Positions 38,596-47,692 are shown, counted from the first letter of the stretch. The stretch is DNA of 64,000 bases from a virus (IMGVR_UViG_3300033066_001786:32001-96000), one strand, 5' to 3'. Numbers and translations: made by a program. The notes: generated by a model not told the origin, from the letters alone.

Positions 38596-39056
38596 TGGCT
38601 TCAATTAATACTACAACAGGTACAACGCCAACAACACATCTGGGGCAGTTGCCAAATCCAAATTACGGTTTTTATGGCGGGTCCTACGTGAATGCAGAGG
38701 CTAATAAAATTAAAAAATACATTGCCACTTCTAAAACTAAAATTAAATTCATTGAAACAGTCGAAGGTAGCATTTTTAAAATATCTGATTTTAATATGGC
38801 ATATAGCAAATTACCAGATACTACAGAAGGTATGGTTTTAAAGCTTAAAGGTGAAATAAACTCATCTATACATTTAATACTACAACACGAAGACGATTCC
38901 TTACATCTAGTTGATTTAACTTCTAATTTTTACCAAACCCAAATACATAAAGCCGAAGTAACAGTTGAGTACGTTAATATTTCACTCTATTCGCCATCTG
39001 TTATTGCATATAACCCAGACGATGTTAAATATGTAATTTTAAATTCTATTTATTGA
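38595..39056 (+). CDS. Hypothetical protein
   Basis: AGGAG SD, coupled. Confidence 0.6.
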   Translation: MASINTTTGTTPTTHLGQLPNPNYGFYGGSYVNAEANKIKKYIATSKTKIKFIETVEGSIFKISDFNMAYSKLPDTTEGMVLKLKGEINSSIHLILQHEDDSLHLVDLTSNFYQTQIHKAEVTVEYVNISLYSPSVIAYNPDDVKYVILNSIY

Positions 39057-39058
39057 TG

Positions 39059-39087
39059 TTGCATATTGTACAGAATGATAGTATAGT
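39059..39087 (+). promoter_or_regulatory. Sigma70-like promoter TTGCAT-N17-TATAGT
   Basis: Intergenic, canonical spacing. Confidence 0.6.
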
Positions 39088-39116
39088 CTACATATTAATA
39101 TAGTGCGGGGTTTTTC

Positions 39117-39341
39117 ATGGCCGAAGACAGTACATTCGTAGTTAACATTAGAGATGTTGATCATTTCTATAAGGTTACTAAATTGTTAACCAGTAACTTT
39201 GGTCACGACAAATGGAAAGGTTCTCGGAGAATAGTAAAAAAACTTCAAAAGGGCGGTCCTGCTATATTTACAGTGACAGTGATAGGCGAAGTCGATGTTA
39301 ATAAATGCAAAAATGCCCAACTTATGGCGACATTATTATGA
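39117..39341 (+). CDS. Small hypothetical protein, paralog of the next ORF
   Basis: VNIRDVDHF vs LNIRSKDHY. Confidence 0.6.
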   Translation: MAEDSTFVVNIRDVDHFYKVTKLLTSNFGHDKWKGSRRIVKKLQKGGPAIFTVTVIGEVDVNKCKNAQLMATLL

Positions 39342-39610
39342 AGTTAGAAAATAGCCCTAAATATGGGAATTATTATCGTCTTACTTTGAATATTCGAAGT
39401 AAAGATCATTATGTTAGAATTATTAAATACTTAGAAAAAACTTACGGTTGTGTTTCTAACCCGTATTTGTTTGCAACGGAGACGAGAGTTTTATCTGAAT
39501 TAAACGGAACAGATAAACCCGTAGTTGCAGTTTTTAGATTGTATGAGAAATTCATAAATGATAGAAATATCTCTATTAATAATCTGTCGGTTTATTTGAG
39601 TTTATTATGA
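39338..39610 (+). CDS. Small hypothetical protein (likely start 39338)
   Basis: ATGA overlap; paralog of 39117. Confidence 0.6.
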   Translation: MKLENSPKYGNYYRLTLNIRSKDHYVRIIKYLEKTYGCVSNPYLFATETRVLSELNGTDKPVVAVFRLYEKFINDRNISINNLSVYLSLL

Positions 39611-39939
39611 CTACAGAAGTAAACGTTGAAAAGGAAAAACTTTATACTTGTCTAAATAGGCACGGTATATCTTGCCCTTCGTTGTCTCCCCCCGGCAATC
39701 AGTTTGTTTTTACAAAAGTGTACGATGTTAGTTTATATACTTTCTTAGGGTCTGGTTTAAAATATTACGTGCACCTTAACGGCGTGGACGAGTCAGTTTT
39801 TGAGAATTCAATATCTAGTATTAGAAAAAAATATAAATCAATTGGCAGTATTTTCTACGATAGTAGACGCATTGTATTTTTCGACGAGAAAGAGTCAATG
39901 ATGATTAAGTTTAAATACGGCGAATTCTTAGAGATTTAA
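39607..39939 (+). CDS. Hypothetical protein
   Basis: FFDEKESMMIKFKY motif. Confidence 0.6.
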   Translation: MTTEVNVEKEKLYTCLNRHGISCPSLSPPGNQFVFTKVYDVSLYTFLGSGLKYYVHLNGVDESVFENSISSIRKKYKSIGSIFYDSRRIVFFDEKESMMIKFKYGEFLEI

Positions 39940-39940
39940 A

Positions 39941-40357
39941 ATGCCAACTTCTGACAAAATTAAGTTATTTCGTGAAATATTTAGTAACAGTAATTTTGTA
40001 TCCTTTCTCTTCGTTATTTGCACATTGGCGCAAGTTTGGTTTCTCAATACGTTTGCACTGAATATGTTAATGGTAGATTTAATATACATTACGGGTTCAT
40101 TACAATTATTTAATATAGTATTGTATACAGTGTGTAACATAGGTAACCCGTTAAAGCCTTTTAAGAATCACATAATTGATGTAGTTTTTCTAGTAGCAAG
40201 AACATCTATGTTTTGGCTTTTTTGTATACCTGCAGCATTAGTTATTATGGTTTGCGAATCTTATATTTTCGACGAAGCAATAAAAAATAACTATATTATA
40301 CCAACTAGAAAAAATAAAATCAAGCATATGTATTCTAAATTGGCAGGTGACATGTGA
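39941..40357 (+). CDS. Membrane protein, paralog of 40354
   Basis: Hydrophobic segments; PTRKNK motif. Confidence 0.65.
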   Translation: MPTSDKIKLFREIFSNSNFVSFLFVICTLAQVWFLNTFALNMLMVDLIYITGSLQLFNIVLYTVCNIGNPLKPFKNHIIDVVFLVARTSMFWLFCIPAALVIMVCESYIFDEAIKNNYIIPTRKNKIKHMYSKLAGDM

Positions 40358-40737
40358 ACAAATTTTTAACTATGAGTACATTTTTGGCTCGGTTAGTTCT
40401 AGTGTTTTTTATTATGGCTAACTTCCTACCTTATTTTATATTAAATGGTGATTTGTTTTTCTATTTCCTATTGTTTAATATTTTTTCTTATTTAATAATT
40501 ATGTTTATTGCTTTAGCCGATAGAAGTCAAAGTAGCGATGCATTGGAATTTATTTCATTAGTATCTTTTTGTCTAGCTGTTAACATGTACTTTGTTCCGA
40601 TTTATTATATTTGTGAAAAGATAATTTATAAGGAAAAAGGAATACTTGAAAAGTATTACAAACGAGGTTATTTCTTACCAACTAGAAAAAACAAGAAAAA
40701 CCAAATGATGCACATTTTAAAAGGCAACCTAGGATGA
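40354..40737 (+). CDS. Membrane protein, paralog of 39941
   Basis: Hydrophobic segments; PTRKNK motif. Confidence 0.65.
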   Translation: MNKFLTMSTFLARLVLVFFIMANFLPYFILNGDLFFYFLLFNIFSYLIIMFIALADRSQSSDALEFISLVSFCLAVNMYFVPIYYICEKIIYKEKGILEKYYKRGYFLPTRKNKKNQMMHILKGNLG

Positions 40738-41036
40738 AACATAATTTGTTTTTAAATCATAACATCGAAAACGACGATGTTACAATGGTTGTTGTTGAGC
40801 TGCCTTGCAAAGGTGCCGAGTACACTTATTTTGTAAGGGAATTAAAAAACAATACTAGTGGATCATTTTATATATATCGAACTACTACATACGCTATATC
40901 CGATGTAGAAAAATTATATGTAGGTTTTGAAAATGAAAAAGATGCAATGTTCTTACGTTTAAGGTATGATGTTAAAGTTATAAACAGCTGGAACAAAGAT
41001 ATTCGTTTTTCCTATTTTAAATATGTTGACAACTGA
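40734..41036 (+). CDS. Hypothetical protein
   Basis: GFENEKDAMFLRLRY motif. Confidence 0.6.
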   Translation: MKHNLFLNHNIENDDVTMVVVELPCKGAEYTYFVRELKNNTSGSFYIYRTTTYAISDVEKLYVGFENEKDAMFLRLRYDVKVINSWNKDIRFSYFKYVDN

Positions 41037-41053
41037 GCAAAATAATGTATAAT
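41026..41053 (+). promoter_or_regulatory. Consensus sigma70 promoter TTGACA-N16-TATAAT
   Basis: Read directly. Confidence 0.75.
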
Positions 41054-41077
41054 AGCACAATAAATTAGGAAATAGAA

Positions 41078-41581
41078 ATGATTACGCATAGAATTGGGAA
41101 TCTACTTGAAACAGTAACTGAAGGCCATATATTGCACGGATGTAATGCGCAGGGTGTAATGGGTTCGGGTTTTGCAAAACAAGTAAAACTTAAATACCCT
41201 CATGTGTTCGAAACATATAAAATTGCACATTCTAAGAAATTTAGTAATACAGGTTTAGTTCTTGGTAATGTTATTGGCGCACAAGCAACAGTTACACCAA
41301 CAAATAACCTATATGTGTGGAATATGATTACACAGGAATTCTACGGTTATAACGGTAAAAGACAAGTAGATTATAATGCTGTTCGATTGTGTATGAAGAA
41401 ATTTAACAAAGTTATGCTTGATGGTTTTTATGATGCATACAGTAAAGAAGTTCATTTTCCATTGATAGGTTGTGGATTAGGAGGCGGATCTTGGAAAGTT
41501 ATATCTGCCATAATAGACGAAGAAATTACTTGTACAGAAGACAAGTACCTCTGGACCTTAACTAGCGACATTAGGAGCTAA
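41078..41581 (+). CDS. Macro-domain (ADP-ribose-processing) protein
   Basis: GNLL, HGCNAQGVMGSGFAKQV, FPLIGCGLGGGSW. Confidence 0.9.
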   Translation: MITHRIGNLLETVTEGHILHGCNAQGVMGSGFAKQVKLKYPHVFETYKIAHSKKFSNTGLVLGNVIGAQATVTPTNNLYVWNMITQEFYGYNGKRQVDYNAVRLCMKKFNKVMLDGFYDAYSKEVHFPLIGCGLGGGSWKVISAIIDEEITCTEDKYLWTLTSDIRS

Positions 41582-41583
41582 AT

Positions 41584-42039
41584 ATGAGCAATCAAGCAGA
41601 ATCAGTAGTTGTAACAGTTACTAAACGTAAGAAACTGTGGGGGCGAGTTAAAGCAATAGTGGCCCAAGTTAAATTCGAAAAACCTTATTTGTTGCTATGG
41701 CGATACAATATGTTTTTAAACCTGTGCTTTTTTGCGCAGGGCTTGATTGGGTTATTAACCTTAGGCGCATATATGCCGTGGTGGACAGGAAAAGCATCGA
41801 AATTGGTTTCTATTGCTAAATCCGACATTACACAGTACGAGAAAGCAAAAACAGAATCAAAACAAGAAGTTGAAAAAGAAACACAAAAACAAGAAGAAGT
41901 TAAGGATGTTTCTAAATCGGAAATGATTAGGCGAATGGTTGAAGAAATGGCAACTAAACGCGAATATGATATGTTCGGTAATGTGATATCTATTAACGGC
42001 GAGCTTGTTAAAAAGGAGACTGACAAAAAGGATGTTTGA
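41584..42039 (+). CDS. Hypothetical membrane-associated protein
   Basis: AGGAG SD; hydrophobic GLIGLLTLG segment. Confidence 0.6.
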   Translation: MSNQAESVVVTVTKRKKLWGRVKAIVAQVKFEKPYLLLWRYNMFLNLCFFAQGLIGLLTLGAYMPWWTGKASKLVSIAKSDITQYEKAKTESKQEVEKETQKQEEVKDVSKSEMIRRMVEEMATKREYDMFGNVISINGELVKKETDKKDV

Positions 42040-42316
42040 ATTAAGTGATATGAAGCTCCTCACGGACGAGGAGTTATTTAACAGAATAATGAAATTAAGA
42101 AGATATTTATTCCAGTCCCAAAATCATCCAGAAATGATGTATAGTATTGAGATAACACTTGCTGTGCTCGAAGAGGAAAAAGAATATAGGGATTTAAGAA
42201 AAATAAATACAGAAACAGAAAAAAGAAATAAGAAAAATAAAAACACAGATATGTATCCTATTAACTTCGGTAAAGTTAATAGTTTGGAAGACGACAATGA
42301 GAAACCAAAAGAATAG
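42032..42316 (+). CDS. Hypothetical protein (likely start 42032)
   Basis: L.DEEL..RI..L helical hairpin pattern. Confidence 0.6.
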   Translation: MFELSDMKLLTDEELFNRIMKLRRYLFQSQNHPEMMYSIEITLAVLEEEKEYRDLRKINTETEKRNKKNKNTDMYPINFGKVNSLEDDNEKPKE

Positions 42317-42968
42317 TAGAACAGACATGACGCTTAAACATACGTTTAAGGGATGCCGATTTCACCCACATAAAATGAATATTGTAGAATGGAATCTACG
42401 TGTGTACTTAGTAGGAAGACCACCTAAAGACAACGAAGGCGACGAATTTAAACAATCCGTTTCTTTTGCATTCCATAAACTTCATGGTTGGCTCGAATAC
42501 TTTATTAATGATGTAATCGTAGTTGATTTTAATAATAAAGACCAATATTTCTCTGCATTAGATTTGCAAGTAGAAAACCAAATAATTCTAACTCCTACTA
42601 TTGCATCTGACGATGTCCTTGCACAATTATTCCATGCTAAAATGCGTTCTATTGTAAACGGTGATATATCGGTCGAGGCAGTAGAACTAGAATCGTCAGA
42701 TTGTAATGTCGTTTACACTTATACTAATTTAGACGGAAAATACGATCTGCCCTCGCAGGAAGAATTCGTCGGCAAAAAATCGCTTTTTGATAAACCTTGG
42801 TGGGAAAGGAACGATTGCGATACGTATGATTTTGAATTGCCTAAAGGCGAAAATAAAAAAGAACTAATTAAGGATTTAGATACATCTAAATTCTTCGACG
42901 AGTTAAAATCGACGTTATTTGGCGAAGAACCCGAAGCAGATATTATAGAGATCAAATGGAAAAAATAA
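42297..42968 (+). CDS. Hypothetical protein, possible degenerate QueD-like T-fold
   Basis: Secondary-structure/motif pattern; overlaps the DnaE N-fragment gene. Confidence 0.5.
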   Translation: MRNQKNSRTDMTLKHTFKGCRFHPHKMNIVEWNLRVYLVGRPPKDNEGDEFKQSVSFAFHKLHGWLEYFINDVIVVDFNNKDQYFSALDLQVENQIILTPTIASDDVLAQLFHAKMRSIVNGDISVEAVELESSDCNVVYTYTNLDGKYDLPSQEEFVGKKSLFDKPWWERNDCDTYDFELPKGENKKELIKDLDTSKFFDELKSTLFGEEPEADIIEIKWKK

Positions 42969-43453
42969 ACGGTATTGTTCCTACTGTAGATGCAAATGAA
43001 TATATAGAATTGCTACTTAACGGTGCTAATGTTAAGTCTTTATGTTTGTCTGATAATATTGCCTTAGAAGAATATAACAAAATTGCAGATTATTTTGAAA
43101 CTAAAAAATTACCACAAATTGACGATTTAAGTGCTAATATTTTAGAAAAAGCATCAACATGGAATATACCTGATTATTTTTTAAATTTAGACGTTGAAGA
43201 ATACATAACATCATTATGTTTAACAGACGAAGAGAAGAATAGGATAAATAAAGAACTGGTGCTATATAAAGAGAAGAATTTGTTTAGGTTGTTGCAATGT
43301 TTAATTTATATAGTCGACACGTTTAGAAAGAATAATGTAGTATGGGGTGTCGGGAGAGGATCAAGTGTATCGTCGTATTGTTTATTTTTAATAGGTGTAC
43401 ATAAGATTGATTCCATAAAATATGGATTAGAAATTGAAGAATTTTTAAAATAG
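42956..43453 (+). CDS. DnaE (Pol III alpha)-like fragment, N-terminal half of palm
   Basis: RINKEL...WGVGRGSSVSSYCLFLIGVHKIDSIKYGLEIEEFL matches DnaE GPGRGSxxGSLVAYxLGITxxDPxxxxLLFERFL. Confidence 0.85.
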   Translation: MEKINGIVPTVDANEYIELLLNGANVKSLCLSDNIALEEYNKIADYFETKKLPQIDDLSANILEKASTWNIPDYFLNLDVEEYITSLCLTDEEKNRINKELVLYKEKNLFRLLQCLIYIVDTFRKNNVVWGVGRGSSVSSYCLFLIGVHKIDSIKYGLEIEEFLK

Positions 43454-43463
43454 GAAAATAAAA

Positions 43464-43724
43464 ATGAATGATTTTGAGAAACTGTGCAAAGATGTAGATG
43501 AAAAATTTGCAGATAAAATAAAAAGTGGAAAATTCGAGTCTTTAGGTGTTAATACATCGGACGGTCTTAAAGAACAATTTGATGCGGTAGTTGGTAAATG
43601 CGGCGTAGTTAACATATGTTATATGGACTATAAAGTTAACGATGAAGACACCAGTAAATATACCCTGCAAATACTTACACAAAGATTTGACTCGGATGGC
43701 ATGATAATTGAGAAAGGAGAATAA
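43464..43724 (+). CDS. Hypothetical protein
   Basis: AGGA SD. Confidence 0.6.
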   Translation: MNDFEKLCKDVDEKFADKIKSGKFESLGVNTSDGLKEQFDAVVGKCGVVNICYMDYKVNDEDTSKYTLQILTQRFDSDGMIIEKGE

Positions 43725-43725
43725 A

Positions 43726-44097
43726 ATGATTAGAAGCACAAGAGGCGGTGTCCCAATTGATACCGACCGTATTAAAATGAAAAACGAAAATAAAGTCGCG
43801 GTCGGCAACATGAACGTTAATGCAAGAGGTGACGTTTTAGGCAGAGGCGGAAAAATAATAAAACCGGTTGTACAACGTGTAAACGAAGTGCAAAATGTTA
43901 ATAGAGTAGAACAAGTTTCAATTAAAGGTAAAATGGCACAGGAAGCAACTTTAAATGAAGATCAGATTAAGAAAGAAACACCAGAAGAAACTTCAATCGA
44001 ACAGAAGAAGAGTAATAGCAACAAGAAAGCAGTAAAAAAACTACCAAACGAAATTGAACTTCCGGATGGTTCTATACAGGTAATAGACGATGAATAA
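43726..44097 (+). CDS. Hypothetical protein (AVGNMNVNARGD motif); likely start 43726
   Basis: AAGGAG SD before ATG 43726. Confidence 0.7.
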   Translation: MIRSTRGGVPIDTDRIKMKNENKVAVGNMNVNARGDVLGRGGKIIKPVVQRVNEVQNVNRVEQVSIKGKMAQEATLNEDQIKKETPEETSIEQKKSNSNKKAVKKLPNEIELPDGSIQVIDDE

Positions 44098-44557
44098 TAA
44101 ACAAGAATTAATAAACGACGATGTGTTAGTGGCATATGTTGATTGTGGCGTTTTGCCTCCGCACCTAAAGAAAGAAAAATTAGAACAATATACAGCAGAT
44201 TATCTCCCCGAACTAGAAAAAACGGGGAAAAGAGTTATTATTTTCCCCGACGATATTAAGTTGGAAAGAATGAGTTTAAATAAAAACGACATCGTAATTG
44301 CAACGATGAAGGATACGTTACTGCCGCCAAAAAAACTAGAAGAGTATTCTAGTGTTCTAAGGGACAATTTAAGTAGATTCTTTCCGGATAATAAAGTTTT
44401 AGTAAAAGGGAACCCTTTAACATTAGAAACTACTACGGAAGTAGAACTTGTTTGTACAGGAGAACGTAATCAATACGTAATAGATATCGGTGATTTAGAC
44501 CCAGGTGTTTTCCAAGAGTACATTGAAAAGTTTATGCAAGAGAAGAGAAATAAGTAA
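44090..44557 (+). CDS. Protein with internal repeats resembling the gp20 portal clip motif
   Basis: YVDCGVLPP, DTLLPPKKLEEY, YVIDIGDLDP..FQEYI. Confidence 0.55.
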   Translation: MNNKQELINDDVLVAYVDCGVLPPHLKKEKLEQYTADYLPELEKTGKRVIIFPDDIKLERMSLNKNDIVIATMKDTLLPPKKLEEYSSVLRDNLSRFFPDNKVLVKGNPLTLETTTEVELVCTGERNQYVIDIGDLDPGVFQEYIEKFMQEKRNK

Positions 44558-44800
44558 GTGGAAGAAATAATAATTTACTACAAAGAGAAAAATAACATCC
44601 TAAATAACTGTATTGTTCTTTGTGAAACATACGAATATAATCATGTTGCAAAAAAGATAGGTTTTGATGTTTCCCCTAATTTATTTGAAGATAAGGAATA
44701 CTATTATCCGGCAGTATTTCTAGGGGAAAAATATATAGGAAGCTTATTGCAGTTATCTAAATACTTAGAAGAGTGGGACAGAGTGCATGGCACAGATTAA
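44558..44800 (+). CDS. Glutaredoxin-like small protein (atypical)
   Basis: YPAVFLGEKYIGSLLQL resembles the Grx cis-Pro/GG region; no CxxC. Confidence 0.4.
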   Translation: MEEIIIYYKEKNNILNNCIVLCETYEYNHVAKKIGFDVSPNLFEDKEYYYPAVFLGEKYIGSLLQLSKYLEEWDRVHGTD

Positions 44801-45116
44801 TGTAAAAATGCTCAACGGTAAAGTTTTAGTACATGAAATGAAACGTGGCACTAGAATGATAGGCGGTATTATATTGTTAAACGATGACGGTAAAGAACAT
44901 GGCATACGCCCAAGATGGGCAAAAGTATATGCTGTAGGTGAAGATGTAACTGATTTAAAAGTGGGCGATTGGATATTAATTAAACACGGACGTTGGACAC
45001 GAGGCTTTAAAATCGACCAAGACGGAGAATACCTCTGGGCAGCAGAATATCCTGAAGGTGTACTGGGTGTGTCAGACGGAGAACCAGAAGATAATTTAGT
45101 TAAAGATAACAGGTAA
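44787..45116 (+). CDS. groES: GroES-like co-chaperonin
   Basis: KVLV, GGIIL, AKVYAVG, LKVGDWIL. Confidence 0.85.
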   Translation: MAQINVKMLNGKVLVHEMKRGTRMIGGIILLNDDGKEHGIRPRWAKVYAVGEDVTDLKVGDWILIKHGRWTRGFKIDQDGEYLWAAEYPEGVLGVSDGEPEDNLVKDNR

Positions 45117-45121
45117 CAATC

Positions 45122-46042
45122 ATGTCATTATGGACAGAAAAGTACAGGCCTAAAAATGTATCTGAATATGTTTTTATGGATCCAAAACAAAAAGAAAAAG
45201 TAGAGCAGTGGATCAAGGAAGGAAAGGTTCCAAATGTAATATTTGCCGGCCCTGCAGGTACAGGTAAAACTTCCCTTGCTAAGATGTTGCTTAAAGAACT
45301 GAAAGTACACGATGCTGACATTAAAGTAATTAATGCTTCTAAGGATAACGGCGTAGATTATATTAGAGAAACAGTAGATGGGTTTTGTAGTGTAATGCCT
45401 TATGGCGACAGGAGATATATTCTTCTAGACGAAAGCGACTTTTTAAGTCTGAATTCACAAGCTGCATTGCGTAATCCGATGGAAGCATGCAGCGATACTG
45501 TTAGTTTCATATTAACATGTAATTTTCCAAATAGGATAATGCCTGCATTGCATAGTAGATGTCAATCGATGCACATTGAAAAAATGGATAAAGTTGAATT
45601 CACAGCAAGGATGGCAACAATTTTAATAGAAGAAAATGTGCAATTTGAAATAGACGATTTGGATATTTTTGTAAATGCTGCATACCCAGATTTGAGAAAA
45701 TGTATTAATAATTGCGAACTTAATACGAACAACGGCATATTAACTCTCCCTACTCAAAATGCGTCCGACTCTTCCGATTACAGACTTAATGCAGTTGCAT
45801 TGTTTAGAGACAGAAAGTACGAAGAAGCAAGAAAATTAATATGTAAGCAAATAGCCCAAGAAGAATACGAAGATTTTTATAGATTTATGTATGAAAATAC
45901 AGATCTTTGGGCAGCAGACGAATCACAAACTAAACAAGTTATACTTGCAATACGAGATGGACTTGTTAAAGATTCGTGCGTTGCAGACAGAGAGATAAAT
46001 TTAGCAGCAACACTTATAAACTTAGAACTAATTGGAATGTAA
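45122..46042 (+). CDS. Clamp loader large subunit (gp44/RFC-like)
   Basis: LWTEKYRP, GPAGTGKT, INAS, LDESD, QAALR, SRC, PDLRK. Confidence 0.93.
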   Translation: MSLWTEKYRPKNVSEYVFMDPKQKEKVEQWIKEGKVPNVIFAGPAGTGKTSLAKMLLKELKVHDADIKVINASKDNGVDYIRETVDGFCSVMPYGDRRYILLDESDFLSLNSQAALRNPMEACSDTVSFILTCNFPNRIMPALHSRCQSMHIEKMDKVEFTARMATILIEENVQFEIDDLDIFVNAAYPDLRKCINNCELNTNNGILTLPTQNASDSSDYRLNAVALFRDRKYEEARKLICKQIAQEEYEDFYRFMYENTDLWAADESQTKQVILAIRDGLVKDSCVADREINLAATLINLELIGM

Positions 46043-46396
46043 ATGATTAAAAATGCCTATGTAATACTAACCCATATATATCGACCTGCTGCCGAAAAAG
46101 ACAAATGGCAAGTAATAGAAGAAATATCATTTGTTGACAAAATAAATAAAACACAGAATAAAGAAGCATCTGTTATTATCGATGTAATGCGGGAAAAATT
46201 AAGTAAGTGCCGCTTCCCAGATTTCGAATATCAATATTACATTGATTATTTAATCAAACAGTATCCGCAGAATTACAAATTATTACTTGAATTATTAGAA
46301 AGAGAATTACCGCAAGAACTCATTGATAAAATTGCCGAAATTGAGAATCCGCCAGAGGTGGAAAATGAAAGCGAAGGAAAAGTTAATACTAACTGA
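46043..46396 (+). CDS. Hypothetical protein
   Basis: Coupled ORF. Confidence 0.6.
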   Translation: MIKNAYVILTHIYRPAAEKDKWQVIEEISFVDKINKTQNKEASVIIDVMREKLSKCRFPDFEYQYYIDYLIKQYPQNYKLLLELLERELPQELIDKIAEIENPPEVENESEGKVNTN

Positions 46397-46967
46397 TGTA
46401 GACGGTACTATTTTATCTTGGAATGATAGTTTTTCTAAATACATGGCATTAAAAGGTCATGCGGAAAATTTATATTTTCAAGACAAATATTCTTTAGATA
46501 AAAGATACGGACTAGATAGAAATGTAATGCACGGTTATATTGAGGATTTTAATAAATCTGATTATATTAGTTGTTTACCCGCATTAGCAGATGCAGAATT
46601 TTATGTTAAGAAACTTGCAAGTTTAGATTTTCGATTTATAGCAATCACAAGTTTCGGCGACGACAAGGATGCATATGCTAAACGTCTATGCAATTTAAAA
46701 AATATATTCGGCGATGTATTTGATGAATTAATATGTTTGCCAGTAGGGCGTGACAAATATGAGGCACTAGATCGTTGGTATAACAGGGAGTTGTTTTGGA
46801 TCGAAGATAAATTCTCTAATGCACTAATAGGTCATGCTGCCGGGCTAAATGCAGTATTAATTGATTCAGATCATAATAGAGATTTAATTACATCGCGCTT
46901 CCCAAGGGTGTCTTCTAAAACACCCTGGAAAGAGATATACGATTTAATTATTGCTGATTATTTTTAA
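46365..46967 (+). CDS. HAD-family nucleotidase (T4 30.2-like); likely start 46365
   Basis: LTDVDGTIL, AITS, K, WIEDK; GAGGTG SD. Confidence 0.85.
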   Translation: MKAKEKLILTDVDGTILSWNDSFSKYMALKGHAENLYFQDKYSLDKRYGLDRNVMHGYIEDFNKSDYISCLPALADAEFYVKKLASLDFRFIAITSFGDDKDAYAKRLCNLKNIFGDVFDELICLPVGRDKYEALDRWYNRELFWIEDKFSNALIGHAAGLNAVLIDSDHNRDLITSRFPRVSSKTPWKEIYDLIIADYF

Positions 46968-47692
46968 TCTTCGCCGTAAATTGTTAGTATTTTTGTTACA
47001 ATCGGATCACGTTCTACGTGTGCTTTTGTAAAGTAGCACACTGCGATCTCTCGATAGCTTCGTCCTTCTATGCGGCCCAAGAAATCCTCTAAACCGTTCA
47101 CACCCCTTCTGTCAGTCTGTCTCATATCGCCAGTAACAAACACTCTACTATTGCTACCCATTCTAGTTAATAAAACTTTAAGTTGCTCAACGGTGGAGTT
47201 CTGGCATTCGTCTGCTATGATTGCACAGTTGTGGAAAGTTCTTCCTCGCAAAAATGCAAAAGGGCATATTTCTATATATTTGTCATATACCATACGCTGT
47301 ATTTCAGCCGTAGACCAATACTCTTCGAAAACATCAAATATAGGTTTAGTCCATGGTTCTAATTTTGCATTTATATCTCCCGGTAAGAAACCAAATTTCT
47401 CATCGTCAACCGTAACTGTTGGTCTAGTTATTACGATTTTGTCGATGTTACCTTCTTTAAAGTCTTTAATTGCTTGCAAAACAGCTAACATAGTTTTACC
47501 TGTGCCAGCAGATCCAACTGCAAATATGATTCTTTTTTGTGGATTAGATAGGTAAGTGAAATATTCTTCTTGAGCTACGTTTTTGGGGATTATTTGGACT
47601 TTTGTTTTCTTACTGCGGTATGCACCGCCGCTTTCGTTTTTAACATCTTCTACTATATCTTTGAAAGTTTTCTTTCCGCTTTTTTTATGCAC
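46964..47692 (-). CDS. phoH: PhoH family ATPase (likely GTG start 47692)
   Basis: GSAGTGKT, ITRP, GFLPGD, LRGRTF, DECQN, TGD..QTD; AGGAG SD; late-like GCTAAATA at 47723-47730. Confidence 0.95.
   Translation of the reverse strand: MHKKSGKKTFKDIVEDVKNESGGAYRSKKTKVQIIPKNVAQEEYFTYLSNPQKRIIFAVGSAGTGKTMLAVLQAIKDFKEGNIDKIVITRPTVTVDDEKFGFLPGDINAKLEPWTKPIFDVFEEYWSTAEIQRMVYDKYIEICPFAFLRGRTFHNCAIIADECQNSTVEQLKVLLTRMGSNSRVFVTGDMRQTDRRGVNGLEDFLGRIEGRSYREIAVCYFTKAHVERDPIVTKILTIYGED

Noticed and set aside
9920-43250. Intragenic GATAAATA copies (e.g. 9920, 12269, 17316, 43243)
   Set aside because: Several chance copies are expected in A-rich coding strands; not positioned before starts
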